A stretch of 62,991 nt of DNA, counting the filler, from Folioceros fuciformis (Eukaryota): NCBI GenBank assembly GCA_049999805.1. It is 5 parts of 5 records of this genome, joined end to end, with 100 filler letters (N's around TTAATTAATTAA, not from the genome) between each part and the next. Parts side by side here need not be neighbours in the genome. Positions count along the whole stretch, not along the records: positions 1 to 21,203 come from JBNGIO010001043.1; 4 more parts are not named here. One strand, given 5' to 3'. The notes below the pieces were generated by a model. That model did no database searches and was not told the origin of the DNA. It saw nothing but the letters and a program-made list of their open reading frames with translations. Positions 1-11,348 of the stretch are shown here, one piece after another; within the stretch, counting starts at the first letter, position 1; each line of letters opens with the position of its first letter. The position numbers and the translations under genes were made by a program.

Positions 1-138
1 AGGGAGAGGCGAAGGTGTGGAAGGGAAGGGGAGAGTGGTGGACGGGTCTTGTTCTGCTAGTGGTTGCGCTTCTCGCGGTGGCAGGGGTCCGGGGAGTGTG
101 CGTTTGAGTGTATGACCTTGTTTTATAGTTTTCGGGAG

Positions 139-434
139 CGTGCGTGTCGGACGGTGAGGCGTGATTGTTGATTCGAGTGGCGTGGTCGGCGTGAGCGTGG
201 ATTGCGGGAGTAGTCGTTGCTGTGGTCCGTTTGCGTGCGGTGGTGAGATTGCTTCGAGTGCTGATGGATGGTATGCTGCAGCTCCTCCGTGCATGTCGGA
301 CGGTGAGGTGTGTTTGTTGATTCGAGTGGTGTGGCTGGCGTGAGCTTGGTTTGCGGGAGTAGGCGTTGGTGCTGTCCGTTTGCGTGCGGTGGTGAGATGT
401 TTCGAGTGCTGATGAGCGGCATGCTGCAGCTCCT
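139..434. repeat. Two-copy imperfect direct tandem repeat, period ~149 bp, upstream of the first NLA-like gene
   Basis: CGTGCRTGTCGGACGGTGAGG begins at 139 and 288. Similarity continues through TTGTTGATTCGAGTGG, TCCGTTTGCGTGCGGTGGTGAGAT and ATGCTGCAGCTCCT in both copies. Confidence 0.9.
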
Positions 435-535
435 GGCGCCGTCTCGCTCTGGGTGTGGTGGAGGTGAGAGAGAGAGAGAGTCTCTGGCGATCGAGCCGGG
501 GAGCCTTCGGAGGTTGATGTTCGTGATGCTTGGAG

Positions 536-2278
536 ATGAAGTTCTGTAAGAAGTACTTGGAGTTCATTGAGCGGGAGGGCCAGCGCAAGCTTCCCGGCCT
601 TGCGTACGTGAGGTTGAAGCGGTTCAAGAAGATTCTGAAGAAGTGCCCTGCTCAGAATGCATTGAGGGGTGGTAGGGCCGGCACACGGGATGGATTCGTG
701 GTTAGAGGGAGCGATTTGCTCCAGTCTGAGGCATCTGAAGAGGGCGCAAGCACCATGATACTCCTTAAGAATCTTAGCGTATCGACGTGCTCGATGGAGA
801 AGAGCTGTCCACCATCTTGCCCCGGTAATTACCTTCTTATTGTGAGGGTAGGAATTACCCGATCCTTGGCTGGATTTTCTCCTTTTTGTCTACGAAGGCC
901 TTGGATCGTTGAGGTCTGGTAATGTCGCCACCCTTGCTGTGTCATTCTTGTCTGTTCTGGGTCGTGTTGAATGGACCAGCATCTGATACACTATGGGTGT
1001 GTGACGTGCAGTTTGCGATGGAAACTTTTTTCCAGAGTTGATGGAGGAAGTTTCAGCTGTCTTGGGCTGCTTTAACGCCTGTGCGAAACAGCTGCTGGAG
1101 CGGCATCTTTCCAGAGGGTTGAAGAGGTTCATGCTCCGGCTCCGTCACAAGGTGCCTGGTGATCATGCGGCCATTGTCGAGGAAGGGAGAGCTCTTGTAA
1201 GCTATGCTTCGATAAACGCTATGGCTATCCGTAAAATCCTTAAGAAGTACGACAAGGTCTGACTCCTCGTCGAGTGCGTCTTTGGAGTAGGATGTTCGCC
1301 CACTGGTTCTGTATCACCTTAAATGCCATCCTTTGCAGGTGCACTGTGCGTCGGCAGAGCATACGCCATCCAAACAGCAGCTACTGGCTAAGCGGGTTGA
1401 GCTGCTGCAGTCACCTTGGCTGATAGAGCTCTTTGCACTGCATATGAATCTGGCGGCCAAAGATAGTTTGACGGCGCTGCCTGAAGGGTTCAAAGATTGC
1501 GCATGTGATTTTGAAAACGTTAAGCCGACTATATCATGCACATTGTTCGATTCTTTCAAGATGGAGGTTGATTTGACGTGCTCCATATGCTTGGTGAGAT
1601 GTTGCTTCTGCCCACTCCCGCAGTGCCTTGTATCCAGGCCTTCACAGTCTCGTAGACCCTGCGTGTTGTGCAGCCCAAGATGCCGGTGTAGACTGACAGA
1701 CTCGTTGTTTGGCTGGTTCTTGCAGGAGACTCTGTTTGACCCGATGGCCCTTGGTTGTGGGCATGTATATTGCAACAGCTGTCTATGTTCGGCTGCCTCT
1801 GTCCCTGCATTTTTGGGCGTTGAGAAGGCGGATAAATGTGCAAAATGTCCCTTGTGCAGACAGGTGAGCTCCTCATGTGATACAGCCACAACTTTTGAGT
1901 GATATTGATGCGGCTGACCTCTGCCGAAACATGCTGGTTTGGAATTGGATGCAGGAGGATGTCTATGAACAAGCGGTTCGATTACCGGAGCTGGGAGCCC
2001 TAATCAGCAACAGGTATGACGCGTGTTGATCTTTTCGTTGGTACGCTCTCGAATGTATGGTTTGTCACGTTTGTATGTGGGTCCATCCCTTGTTCTGGGG
2101 CCTGATGCATACATGGGAACTCATAGGCATGTAGTTTCACTGTGAAGCTGAGTTGTATTTGCTGCCTGTCAGGTGCAAGGAATATTGGAACGACAGGTTA
2201 CATCGAGAGCGAGTGGAGCAAGTCCAAGAAGCGAAGCTTTATTGGGAGAAGCAACTTCAGGCTGCAATGGGACTCTGA
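536..2278 (+). CDS. NLA: SPX-RING E3 ubiquitin ligase, NLA/BAH1 family (6 exons: 536-824, 1012-1256, 1339-1593, 1726-1863, 1955-2013, 2173-2278)
   Basis: N-terminal MKFCKKY, CDGNFFPELMEE, INAMAIRKILKKYDKVH and LLQSPWLIEL. RING: TCSICL..ALGCGHVYCNSC..KCPLCRQ. C-terminal RCKEYW. All introns are GT-AG with consistent phases. Confidence 0.93.
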
Positions 2279-3898
2279 TCCACAGTACTGATGGTTCGTT
2301 AACGTTGCAAGCGGTTTTTGGAAAGGCGCGAATGTCTTTGGAGTTGTCGGTGGTGGTTCGTGGTCTATTTTTTTGTAGTAATGCAAAGCTTTACGTTATC
2401 GCATGGGTTGCGTGGGGTTTTTGCCGGAGTTTTTGTCGGCGTCGGGGAAATAACCAAGTCTTGTGCCATACGAGCAAAGCTTGATATGTGCCTACGAGGC
2501 ATGATTGTGTCTTTAGTGTCGGGCAGGCTTTGACGTCGTCAGAAATTCCGAGTGATGCAGTCAACCGGTCAAGCGATGGAACCAGTACCTGCATTGTACG
2601 TTATTTTGCTTTCCGTCAGTGGTTGACAGATCTGTTGTATCCAGTGTATAGTTCTTTTAATATCTCTAGCTTTCGGATTAACTGACACAGGAGTTGTGTC
2701 TTGTGTATTTTTTTTTATTTTGAAAATTGTGTTATATCTTTTTTGTCTGATTTCACAATGGCTGAACGGATGGGCGGATCCAAAGCCAAGAGAATGGGGG
2801 CGAAGGAGGTTCCTTAAGAGATTCCCTCGTCTTGTAGGCCGCGTCTAATCTAGGCCCCGTTGTGCCGCCACCACCTGGCGGTCGGCTGTTTGCTTTGGAT
2901 TTCGTATGCTTCAACTTTGTTACCATATGTTCTGAGGATTACAAAGAGTTTTTCTTGACTGAGTTAGGGTTTGATACAGGCTTTTTCTGTATGGGTTAGG
3001 TTAGGGTACGATGTAATTTTTTTTTTAAAGCTTGTTGTAGGGTGTGATAGCAGGATCATGAAAGTAAAAGTGAGTGTGTGTGGGCCTGGACTAGGGTATG
3101 AACCGTATTATGTGTAATGGCTGCTATGTTGCTTGTAAATGTTTGGAAACGTAAGCAAGTTGAGTTGTATGCTTCACTGAAGAAGCACCCAATTGAGTTG
3201 CATGTTTCATTGGGCAAGAAGCCTATCATTTCCAGCCATTGTTCCCAGCAGTCTAAATATGCTTGTGCTGTCGCCATTAGAAATACGTTTGAAATGTATA
3301 TAACTATTTTACATTTGAACAAGAAGTAATCTAGCTTGTATCTATCATGTCACCAAACGTGGCCTAGTAAAGCGCACATGGCCGAAGCAGTAGGACAGAA
3401 AACAACACATACATAGATAACCAAGCAGCCTTAATCTGGGTCTGACATAGTGTAGAAGATATTTGCAAGCCTGTTCCGGAGGGGAGTGTGGGAGCGTTTT
3501 GCGGAGGTTGGGGAGGCTGACGGATGGGGGCCACGTGAGGCGGAGCAGTTGGGGGACTCTCCAACTTGGTAAGCTTTCAGCGATGTGCGGGGGTGGGTTG
3601 AAATTGTGAGGAATGTGGCAAGCATGTCATGTCATCCTCATGAGTTGGTGCACGCTCAGGCTCACGCAGGTGTGTGTCTATATCTTGTACGTACAAACAG
3701 AGGTGAGTCAGAGTGTGCGGGTGGAGTTGTGAAGAGATGAACGCTGTGGTGCCTGGAATCGCACAGCTTGCGTTGCCGTTGCCACCTCGTAAATGTCATG
3801 TTGTCGCCTCCATTATGCTGCGGTACTCACCTAACTCATAGGCTTTGCCTGGAGGACAAGTCCACGGACTCTCGAAGGGAGGCAAGCGATTGTGCAGG

Positions 3899-3906
3899 GA
3901 ATATAC
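3899..3906. promoter_or_regulatory. P1BS (PHR1-binding, GNATATNC) candidate
   Basis: GAATATAC, ~570 bp upstream of the second SPX-RING ATG. Motif match only. Confidence 0.35.
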
Positions 3907-4336
3907 CGCCATGGCGGATCGGATGTTCTTGTGTGACGTCAAGCGTGCTGTTATAAAAATCAGAGCGGCAGGCTTGCTGTGCCGTGCTTGGTGCAATACC
4001 TCGAGGAGGGGAGAGGAGAGGAGAGGAGAGGAGACGAAAGGTGAGGAGCAGAGCGGAGGGCAGCAGTGCGCTGAGAGGGGGATCGGCCCGGCCTTGGAAC
4101 GTGTACCTGCTCCAGGGCTCTGTTGAAACGTGCTTTTCCACAACTGTGCGTTTCCGGAGTCCGCCGTCAGTAGTGCGTGCCTTGTGATGACCGCTCCGCC
4201 CTGTGTCTGTGTCTGTGTCATGCCTTCTCCGTGTGTGTGTTGCCCTTGCCCTGCCTCGCCTGTTATGATGCTTGGTTCGTTAGTACTTGGGGAGTCTTAC
4301 TCCATACGCGTGCTGGAAAACTCCCCCCCCGAATGC

Positions 4337-4344
4337 GCATATGC
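4337..4344. promoter_or_regulatory. P1BS (PHR1-binding, GNATATNC) candidate
   Basis: GCATATGC, ~130 bp upstream of the second SPX-RING ATG. Motif match only. Confidence 0.35.
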
Positions 4345-4470
4345 CCGGTGCGGGTACATCCTTGATGTGACGTTGTGAGGAGTGGCGCCTTTCTGCTCCG
4401 CTCCGGCCTTGATTGTTCCACGGGCCCTGGCCTCCTTGCAATTGCTCGCTATGAGCATTCCTACCCGGTA

Positions 4471-6206
4471 ATGGTGAAGGTGAAGGGGATGGGAATGGGC
4501 CGCAGCCAGGGCTCTTTCTGTGCCCGAGCGCAGTACAAGCGCTTCAAGAAGCTGCTCAAGAAAACCAGCGCTCTGCCCGTGGGCAATGCAATCTCCCCGG
4601 TCCTGGACTCCCCCGGCTCTTCGTCGTCCGTTGAGGTCGGCAAGATGATGGTGTCTGCCGACCTTGCCACTCTGCAAGCACTGGGTTTGCAGACGGACGC
4701 AGACGCGCACGCGCCAGGTACGCTGAGTTACGGTCACCTGGTACAGCGTGGTGCTGGATTGATTGATTCCAGGCCTGGAAGTGATGGGAAGTGCCTGGAC
4801 GATGGTGTGTGCCGCAGAGGACAGCCTGATTGACAGGCTGCCCGCCGTGGTGGCTTTCTACAAGCTTCATGCCCAGAAGGTGCTGCACCGACGCTTCGCA
4901 AGCGGTTGGTGCAAGCCTCTGGTTAGCCTTGGCTTCATGAAGGCGAGCAGATCGTCCATTCTGAAGGAGGGGTTGTATGTCATCAGCTACGCCTCCCTCT
5001 ACGCCTTGGCCATCCGGCAAATCGAGCGGAGGGTGGAGAAAAGAATCGCTCAAGTATGTCTCGGAACTCACGCACTCTCCACCGTTTCCCGCAGTGTGGG
5101 TCCGGAGCATCGTGAATAGGAGGACCACTTTGGGGACTGTCAGTAAATCTGAGGCTGCATCTCGGCATCTAGGAAGGCGGATCGCGGAGCTGCGGCTTTC
5201 CGACTCTGACTGCTCTGAATGCATTGTGCAATGTGCGCTTCAGGAGCTGCAGTCCTCGTCCGGGACAGAGGCAGGGACGAACTGTCAGGAAGACCTCGCA
5301 CTGAGGAGCAAGTTGTCCACCTTGCACTCGGAGCTCCGACTTCTCCAGTCGCCTTTGCTTGTGGAGTTGATTGCTGCCTATGCCGATTCCCAAGGGGACC
5401 ACAAAAAGAAGCCATTGCCTGCCGGGTTTCAGCGCTTCTCGTTTCAGTTCGAAGGGCCCGGCGTGAAGCCAACCTTGTCGTGCGTCGCGCTTGACTCATT
5501 CCATCTCGACTTCGAGCTCACATGCTCCATCTGCCTCGTAAGTGTGGGGACTTTCTTTCGGGTACTGGTGTGGAGTAGTAAACATGTACAAGCTTGAGCT
5601 CCGCGACGCCCTTGCTGACCTACGGCATAGCCTTCGAATCTGACATCCGTAATCCATGTGCGTCGTAGGAGACGTTGTTCCTTCCGGTGGCTCTTGGCTG
5701 CGGGCACGTTTTCTGCCACCGGTGTGCTTGCTCAACTGCCTCTGTCACAGCGTTTGAAGGACTGGAGAGCGCTAAACTGAGTGCCAAATGCCCCCTCTGC
5801 AGACAGGTACAGCACATTCAGTCCACGACCTTCTCTTCTGGCCTTCCTCAGGGTTTTAGAGGACAAACAGGTTCCGTGACGTTATTGGACTTCCTTCCGT
5901 GTGCAGGCGGGAGTCTATCCGCAAGCCACGGTTCTCCCTGAGCTGTGTCGACTCATCAAACACAGGTAGGTACTGGAGGTGCCTTCTTCTTGTTCCCCCT
6001 TGCAGATCTTGGAATGGTTACCAGGGTGAACTTTATTCACAATCCTACCTCCGTTCACCATATGCGTGCATGGTCTTGCCAGGTGCAGAGACTACTGGCG
6101 AGAACAATGCCAGAAAGAACGAGCCTGCCAAATGCGAGAGATCAAGGAGTTTTACAAACAAGAGCTCCGAGCCAGTATGGGATACGCCACCATACCTGAC
6201 TTGTGA
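4471..6206 (+). CDS. Divergent tandem paralog of NLA/BAH1 SPX-RING ligase (exons 4471-4717, 4818-5053, 5244-5537, 5669-5806, 5907-5965, 6083-6206)
   Basis: Same six-exon structure and phases as the upstream gene. YKRFKKLLKK, ISYASLYALAIRQI and LLQSPLLVEL. Intact RING: TCSICL..ALGCGHVFCHRC..KCPLCRQ, then RCRDYW. The start codon is inferred. Confidence 0.85.
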
Positions 6207-6346
6207 TCCTTGCCAGGGGCCAGGGTCTACATAGTAGGACTAGAAGAAAGAAACATGTACTGATTCCAGTTTCGTTATCACGTCCTCCACACAAGATCAA
6301 CTGGCAGACGTACTAACCAAACCTTCAGGGCAGATCAAGCGTGAGA

Positions 6347-6487
6347 AATTCTGTTCCTTGTTAGCTATTGTAGATTTGTGGCAGATTCCGATCGTTTCTG
6401 TTCCTCGTCAGCTCTTGTAGATTTGTGCCAGATTCCGATCAATTCTGTTCCTTGTCAGCTCTTGTAGATTTGTGGCATATTCCGATT
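6347..6487. repeat. Three-copy tandem repeat, 47-bp unit
   Basis: TTCTGTTCCTYGTYAGCTMTTGTAGATTTGTGSCAKATTCCGAT recurs in units beginning at ~6347, 6394 and 6441. Confidence 0.9.
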
Positions 6488-7143
6488 ATCGCGGTTCGAG
6501 GGGCGTTGGTGAAAGTGGTTTCGTTATGAAGCTTGATGTGAGCAGACCCCGATCCGATCAACTGACATGCCTCTCCGCATCGTAGACATCTTTGATGTCG
6601 TTCTACAACGACAACAGTTGAGAAAGCAAAACTGTGTGTAATGACCAAGGCGAATGTGGCCACGTTAGCACAGATATTTGCGGGTTCGTTCTGCCACGTA
6701 AGGGCACGTATGTACAGATATATATGTACTTTAGCCGCGCAGTTTTCCCCAGTGATTGTGCAGAGAGAAAGAAAACCTTCCTGGTGACAGTGGTGTGGAG
6801 CAACTGGCGGGCCCAGTAACAGTCAGTCTTTAAACGTCCGCCCAAGACTCCTCATCGCCGGAAGGAGCAAGTGGTGGGCACGCCACGTTTTGAGCCGCCC
6901 GCTTGTGCTGGCCATGCGCCCGCTAGTCTGAAAGCCGTCTCATTTTGTCCTAATTCCATTGCGTCAGTGACAAGCACACTCCTCCCAATTGACTGCCGCT
7001 CTATGATTCTCTTGGACATGCAGAATTTGTGATGCGCGCTCCCGAGGCGTGGCCGCAGGCCTTTCTGTGAACGAATTCCAGTGGACCGGGGATTGGATGC
7101 GCACAACCTTGCGGGCGGGTGCGGCTGCAAATCGTGGCTGGAT

Positions 7144-10100
7144 ATGGAGTGGTTGTGTGCCTCTTCCCCCGCTGTTCCTCAGGCTTCAGGCCCCGGTCCC
7201 GCTCTCCGGATCGATGTGCACAGGGCGGGAGTGGAGGGAGTGGAGCTCTCGGATTACAGTGCCAGGTTTCGACTTCCAGGAGTGCTGCGGCGGAGTCGTG
7301 GCCCTCTTCATCAAGCTCCCTGTGCTTGTGAGCTCAGAAGCGTTATGCGTGTCCCGTTTCAGGGCCAGGGTTTTGGTAGACCAGGCTTCTATCCTTTCAC
7401 AATTCGAGCTTCCCGGGACGAGACGGAGGGTTCGGGCACATCTGACTCTCAAAACGAGCTGGATCATGGTACAGCGGATGCGGAGCGGACGATTGTGGGA
7501 CAGGATTCAGCGCAGGATAAATGCACGGGGGAGTCCACGTGCAGTACTAGTACGGGGGCCACGGGAGTGTCAGATTGTGCTGCAGATGCAGTGTTAGGAA
7601 AGCCGAGACGGCGTGAGAATCTCTTCACCACTGTAGTGAGACCACTGATTAAGGTAGTCGACGGAACTCTCGTCAGGAAAAGAGAATCGGTTGAAGATGT
7701 GGTACCAAGTGAAGGAGAAAATCGATCCAAGATGGCTTTGTTCTGGAATCCACTGGCAAAGATGGAAGACGCTGTTGTGAGGAGGACGGTTGGCGAGGCT
7801 TGGCGGCAAGCTGAGTCAGACTTTTATGCTGTAAGTATCTGGGAGCGGATTAGCCTGGTTTAGGACCGTTGTACTGGAGATTTGTCGGAGGTCTATCTTC
7901 TACAGATGTTCTGGATTTCGGGGCCTCAATTATGTTCCGTGTGACCAGTTTACAGGACAGCTAGGGAAGTACATCTTTATCATGATGAGCACCGGGGTTA
8001 TTCTTGCAACAGGTTTTCAGTTATCTGGTTGGTTCCCGGGCATTAGTTCCTTGAACGGGCTTGACTTTCTTGTCCACCTGTGTCTATCATCTTGGAACTT
8101 TGAATTTCTGCTCATCCGAGGCTGACGAGCTTCCTGTATTCCTGACCTTTTTGACATCCTCATTTCGTTTGACCCAGATGGCACTTCACATGAAGAAGGT
8201 GTGTTATGGTTTAGCTGGCTTGCTGGGATAATCATAGGTTCTATGATTGGCGCGAACCAAGTTCTAGACAATCATTGCAAGCGTGGTACACGTAATGTTG
8301 TTATCACTGGCAGGTAGTTCCTCCTTTGGTCCTCTATTGAACTGCGATTTAGGCGGTGGAGTTAGAATTCCTTGTTCTCTCCGCGTTATGACTAGACAAG
8401 AAAGAAACGAAGCGTGATACCATGTTTTGTCTTGTGCAGCACTCGAGGCTTAGGGAAAGCGTTGGCTCGGGAGTTTCTGCGATCTGGTGACAATGTATGC
8501 ATTGCTTCACGAAGGTTAATATTACCACCGTGTCTTCTTCGATGGGTGTTTTTAGTGCTCACAATTAATCCATGCAAAAACAGTACAGTGCTTGTGCATT
8601 GAGTTTTGTCTGCTTCATTTTTCGGACGACAGCGTGGATTCTGTGCGTAGCACAGTGGAAGAGCTTGAGGAGGAATTTCAAGGAAGTCAGTCGAGAGTGA
8701 TTGGTATAGCCTGCGATGTCTCCAAAAGTGAAGATGTCAAGGCACTTGGAGACCTGGCTCTTCAGGAATTTGGGTTTGTAGATATCTGGGTAAGTTTCAA
8801 AAATTAGGTGGTTTTTGACTGTGATAATCATATCGAACAGTTTTGTGCTTGAAGTTTGGCACTGTTCATTCAGACCCTTTCTCAGTAGGATGCACACGTT
8901 CTGACCACAAGGCTCTGCACAGGTTAATAATGCTGGGGTAAATAAGGGCTTCAGGCCACTCGTGGAATTTTCCGACAAAGAGATAGAGCAGGTGAGGCTA
9001 GAGGCGCCTGGTAAACTCTACTATCTATGGGACTGCTTGGATGCGTCTCCCACTAGGAGCTGGGTTACAAGATTCTCGCTCTCTAGAGTTGAAACATGGG
9101 TGGGACGTAGACATGATGCTGAATATCTTGTGTTCTGAGATCAACCGAGAGCAAAACATTGTTGGGACAGAGACATGATGCTGAATATCCTGTGTTCTGC
9201 TATCACCCGGGAGCAGATAGTGTCCACGAATCTTGTTGGCTCTATATTGTGCACTCGTGAAGCTATTCAAGTGATGAAGTCACAGGGCAAAGCTGGCCAT
9301 ATTTTCAACATGGATGGTGCGGGCTCTGGAGGCTCTAGTACACCTTTGACCGCTGTGTGAGACTTCAGATCCCTTCCCTTGGGTCTCAATTTTGTTTTAG
9401 GTTTTTCTGTCTGCCCGGTTCTCTGAAGATGCTGACCCGTATTGGCCTTCCTACCAGGTATGGAGCCACAAAGAGTGGTCTACGACAGTTGCACGCATCT
9501 CTTCTTCAAGAATGTAAAGGTTATAGGGTGGGAATTCACACGGCCTCTCCTGGGATGGTGCTCACTGATCTTCTTCTAAGGTGACGTTTTGTGGTCGTAT
9601 TGGTCTCGTGGTAGAACGGGAATATGTTTGTTTAGTTTTGTTGGGCTGTTGCTTCCTCTGGGTAAACAGTGGATGCCAGTCGGGCACTGCTGATGTCACG
9701 TGTTTCTTCTTGGCAGTGGTGCGACCCTTCAAAACAAAAAAATGTTCAACTTCATTTGTGAGCAGCCTGAGACCGTGGCTCGCGCGCTGGTCCCTTTGAT
9801 GCGAACAGTTAAAGGCACAGGAAAAGCAGTGAACTACTTGACACCCCCGAGGATAATACTTGCAATAGTAACAGCATGGCTGCGGCGGGGCCGTTGGTTT
9901 GATAAGGAGGTATAAGCCTCCTCCGGGGTGGTCATCGTGCTCCAGATAGATTGGTTGTCTGATGTCGATCTTAACAGATGTTTGGGTCAGCGAATCTCAT
10001 AATGGGCTTTGTGTTTGACAGGGAAGAGCAGTGTATGCAGCAGAGGCGGACAGGTTGCGCATGTGGGCAGAAGGGCGAGAGAAGTCATCAGTTACAGCAG

Positions 10101-10210
10101 CTATGGAACTTGTTCCCAGTGGAACATGGGTGTCCTTGTTCTCTTCATCAGTGATTTGTGCCTACATCATCTTGTCTAGTTCCTCTGGCGGAAATCTCCC
10201 GGGCACTTAA
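7144..10210 (+). CDS. NYC1: Chlorophyll(ide) b reductase NYC1 (SDR family, multi-exon)
   Basis: MMSTGVILATGFQLS, WFSWLAGIIIGSMIGAN, RNVVITG-STRGLGKALAREFLRSGD, VNNAG, GHIFNMDGAGSGGSSTPLTAVYGATK, VHTASPGM-like IHTASPGMVLTDLLL, YLTPPRI and GRAVYAAEADR, plus a hydrophobic C-terminus. The N- and C-terminal membrane segments distinguish it from NOL. The start is the first in-frame ATG. Confidence 0.92.
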
Positions 10211-11348
10211 CGACTTTACAAGAAGATGGTGGGTGGAGCTTCCTCAATTTTTCACAAGTGAGCAATATCTGATCAGGTTATGAAAATAGTAACCAATCCA
10301 TATTGCTTGCTTGTTTGTAAATAAGTCAATTCTGAAGGGAATGGGATTATTGGGGGCAATGCGTCATTGCTCCGCATTGTCAGATATAGTGTATAGTTAC
10401 AGCATAATGTGAGATCATCATACGTAGTCGACTACCAGTATTGCCAGGCTTAACATAGTATGGAGTAAACTGATAAGTATCACAAGGGTGTCTTTAGTGG
10501 GACACGTTCCTGCCAGAAGACCACATATGTAGAGAGTGTTGAAATTTATTCTTTGTACAACTTCTATGAACGTGAGATAAAATGGATTTGTAGAGAAGTG
10601 TGAAGGATGATGGAGACTGTCGATGAATGGGATTGTTGCAGCTCATTGTCCTCGCCTGGTTGGAACCATCGTTTTCTCATCAGATGCAAATCTTCATAGT
10701 TTCTGTAACGAGAACATAACGTACACGGCACCGCGAGCAATTTAGCGATTTAGTGAGTTCTCACTTTATCAACAGCATTGGTCAGTCATTGACTAATTCG
10801 ACTGAGGCCAGCTTGGAGGTGCACAAAAGAAGCCTGTAATTTGGAGTGAAGAGTTGAGTGCCTCTATGAAGGTGGTTACCCACAGACGAACGGCAAATCG
10901 AGGGGACCATAGGACCATATGGATTGTGCAAGATGTCGACCGCCATCATGCCTACCAGATGGTACAAGAGGTGGAAAGTAGGCGTGTGATCGATAGTTTG
11001 TAATGGAGTTGTCTACTTTCCGTCTAAAAACCACAGTGCATCTTGCAACATGCCGAGAAAATGGCAACAAGAGGGTGCCCTTTTGAAGTCTCGGTTCCAT
11101 TCAGTTGAGTGTTCACTCCCCAGGGCGGAAACCAACATCATGGAAAACGAATAGGAAGACTAGAGATATAATAGTTTGGATGTAAGATTTGCCTTCGGCG
11201 AAACGAATGGGTAGATTTTCAGGAACAGGATGTCTCTGCTGTGTGTGCAAATAACTCTAAGCTTCAGTCCAAACCGAGGTGGTTAAGGCGTAGGTTGAGA
11301 GCACCGTCCATCTATAATACATTGAAAGCGAGGTAAGGCTGGAGGGGT

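Noticed and set aside
311..331. miR827 site in the NLA leader (TGTTTGTTGAT...)
   Set aside because: Only the 11 nt pairing with the miRNA 3' half match. The part pairing with the 5' half (GGTCATCTAA) is absent.
2960..3010. Telomere-like TTAGGG units
   Set aside because: There are only two or three scattered units, too few to call an interstitial telomeric array.
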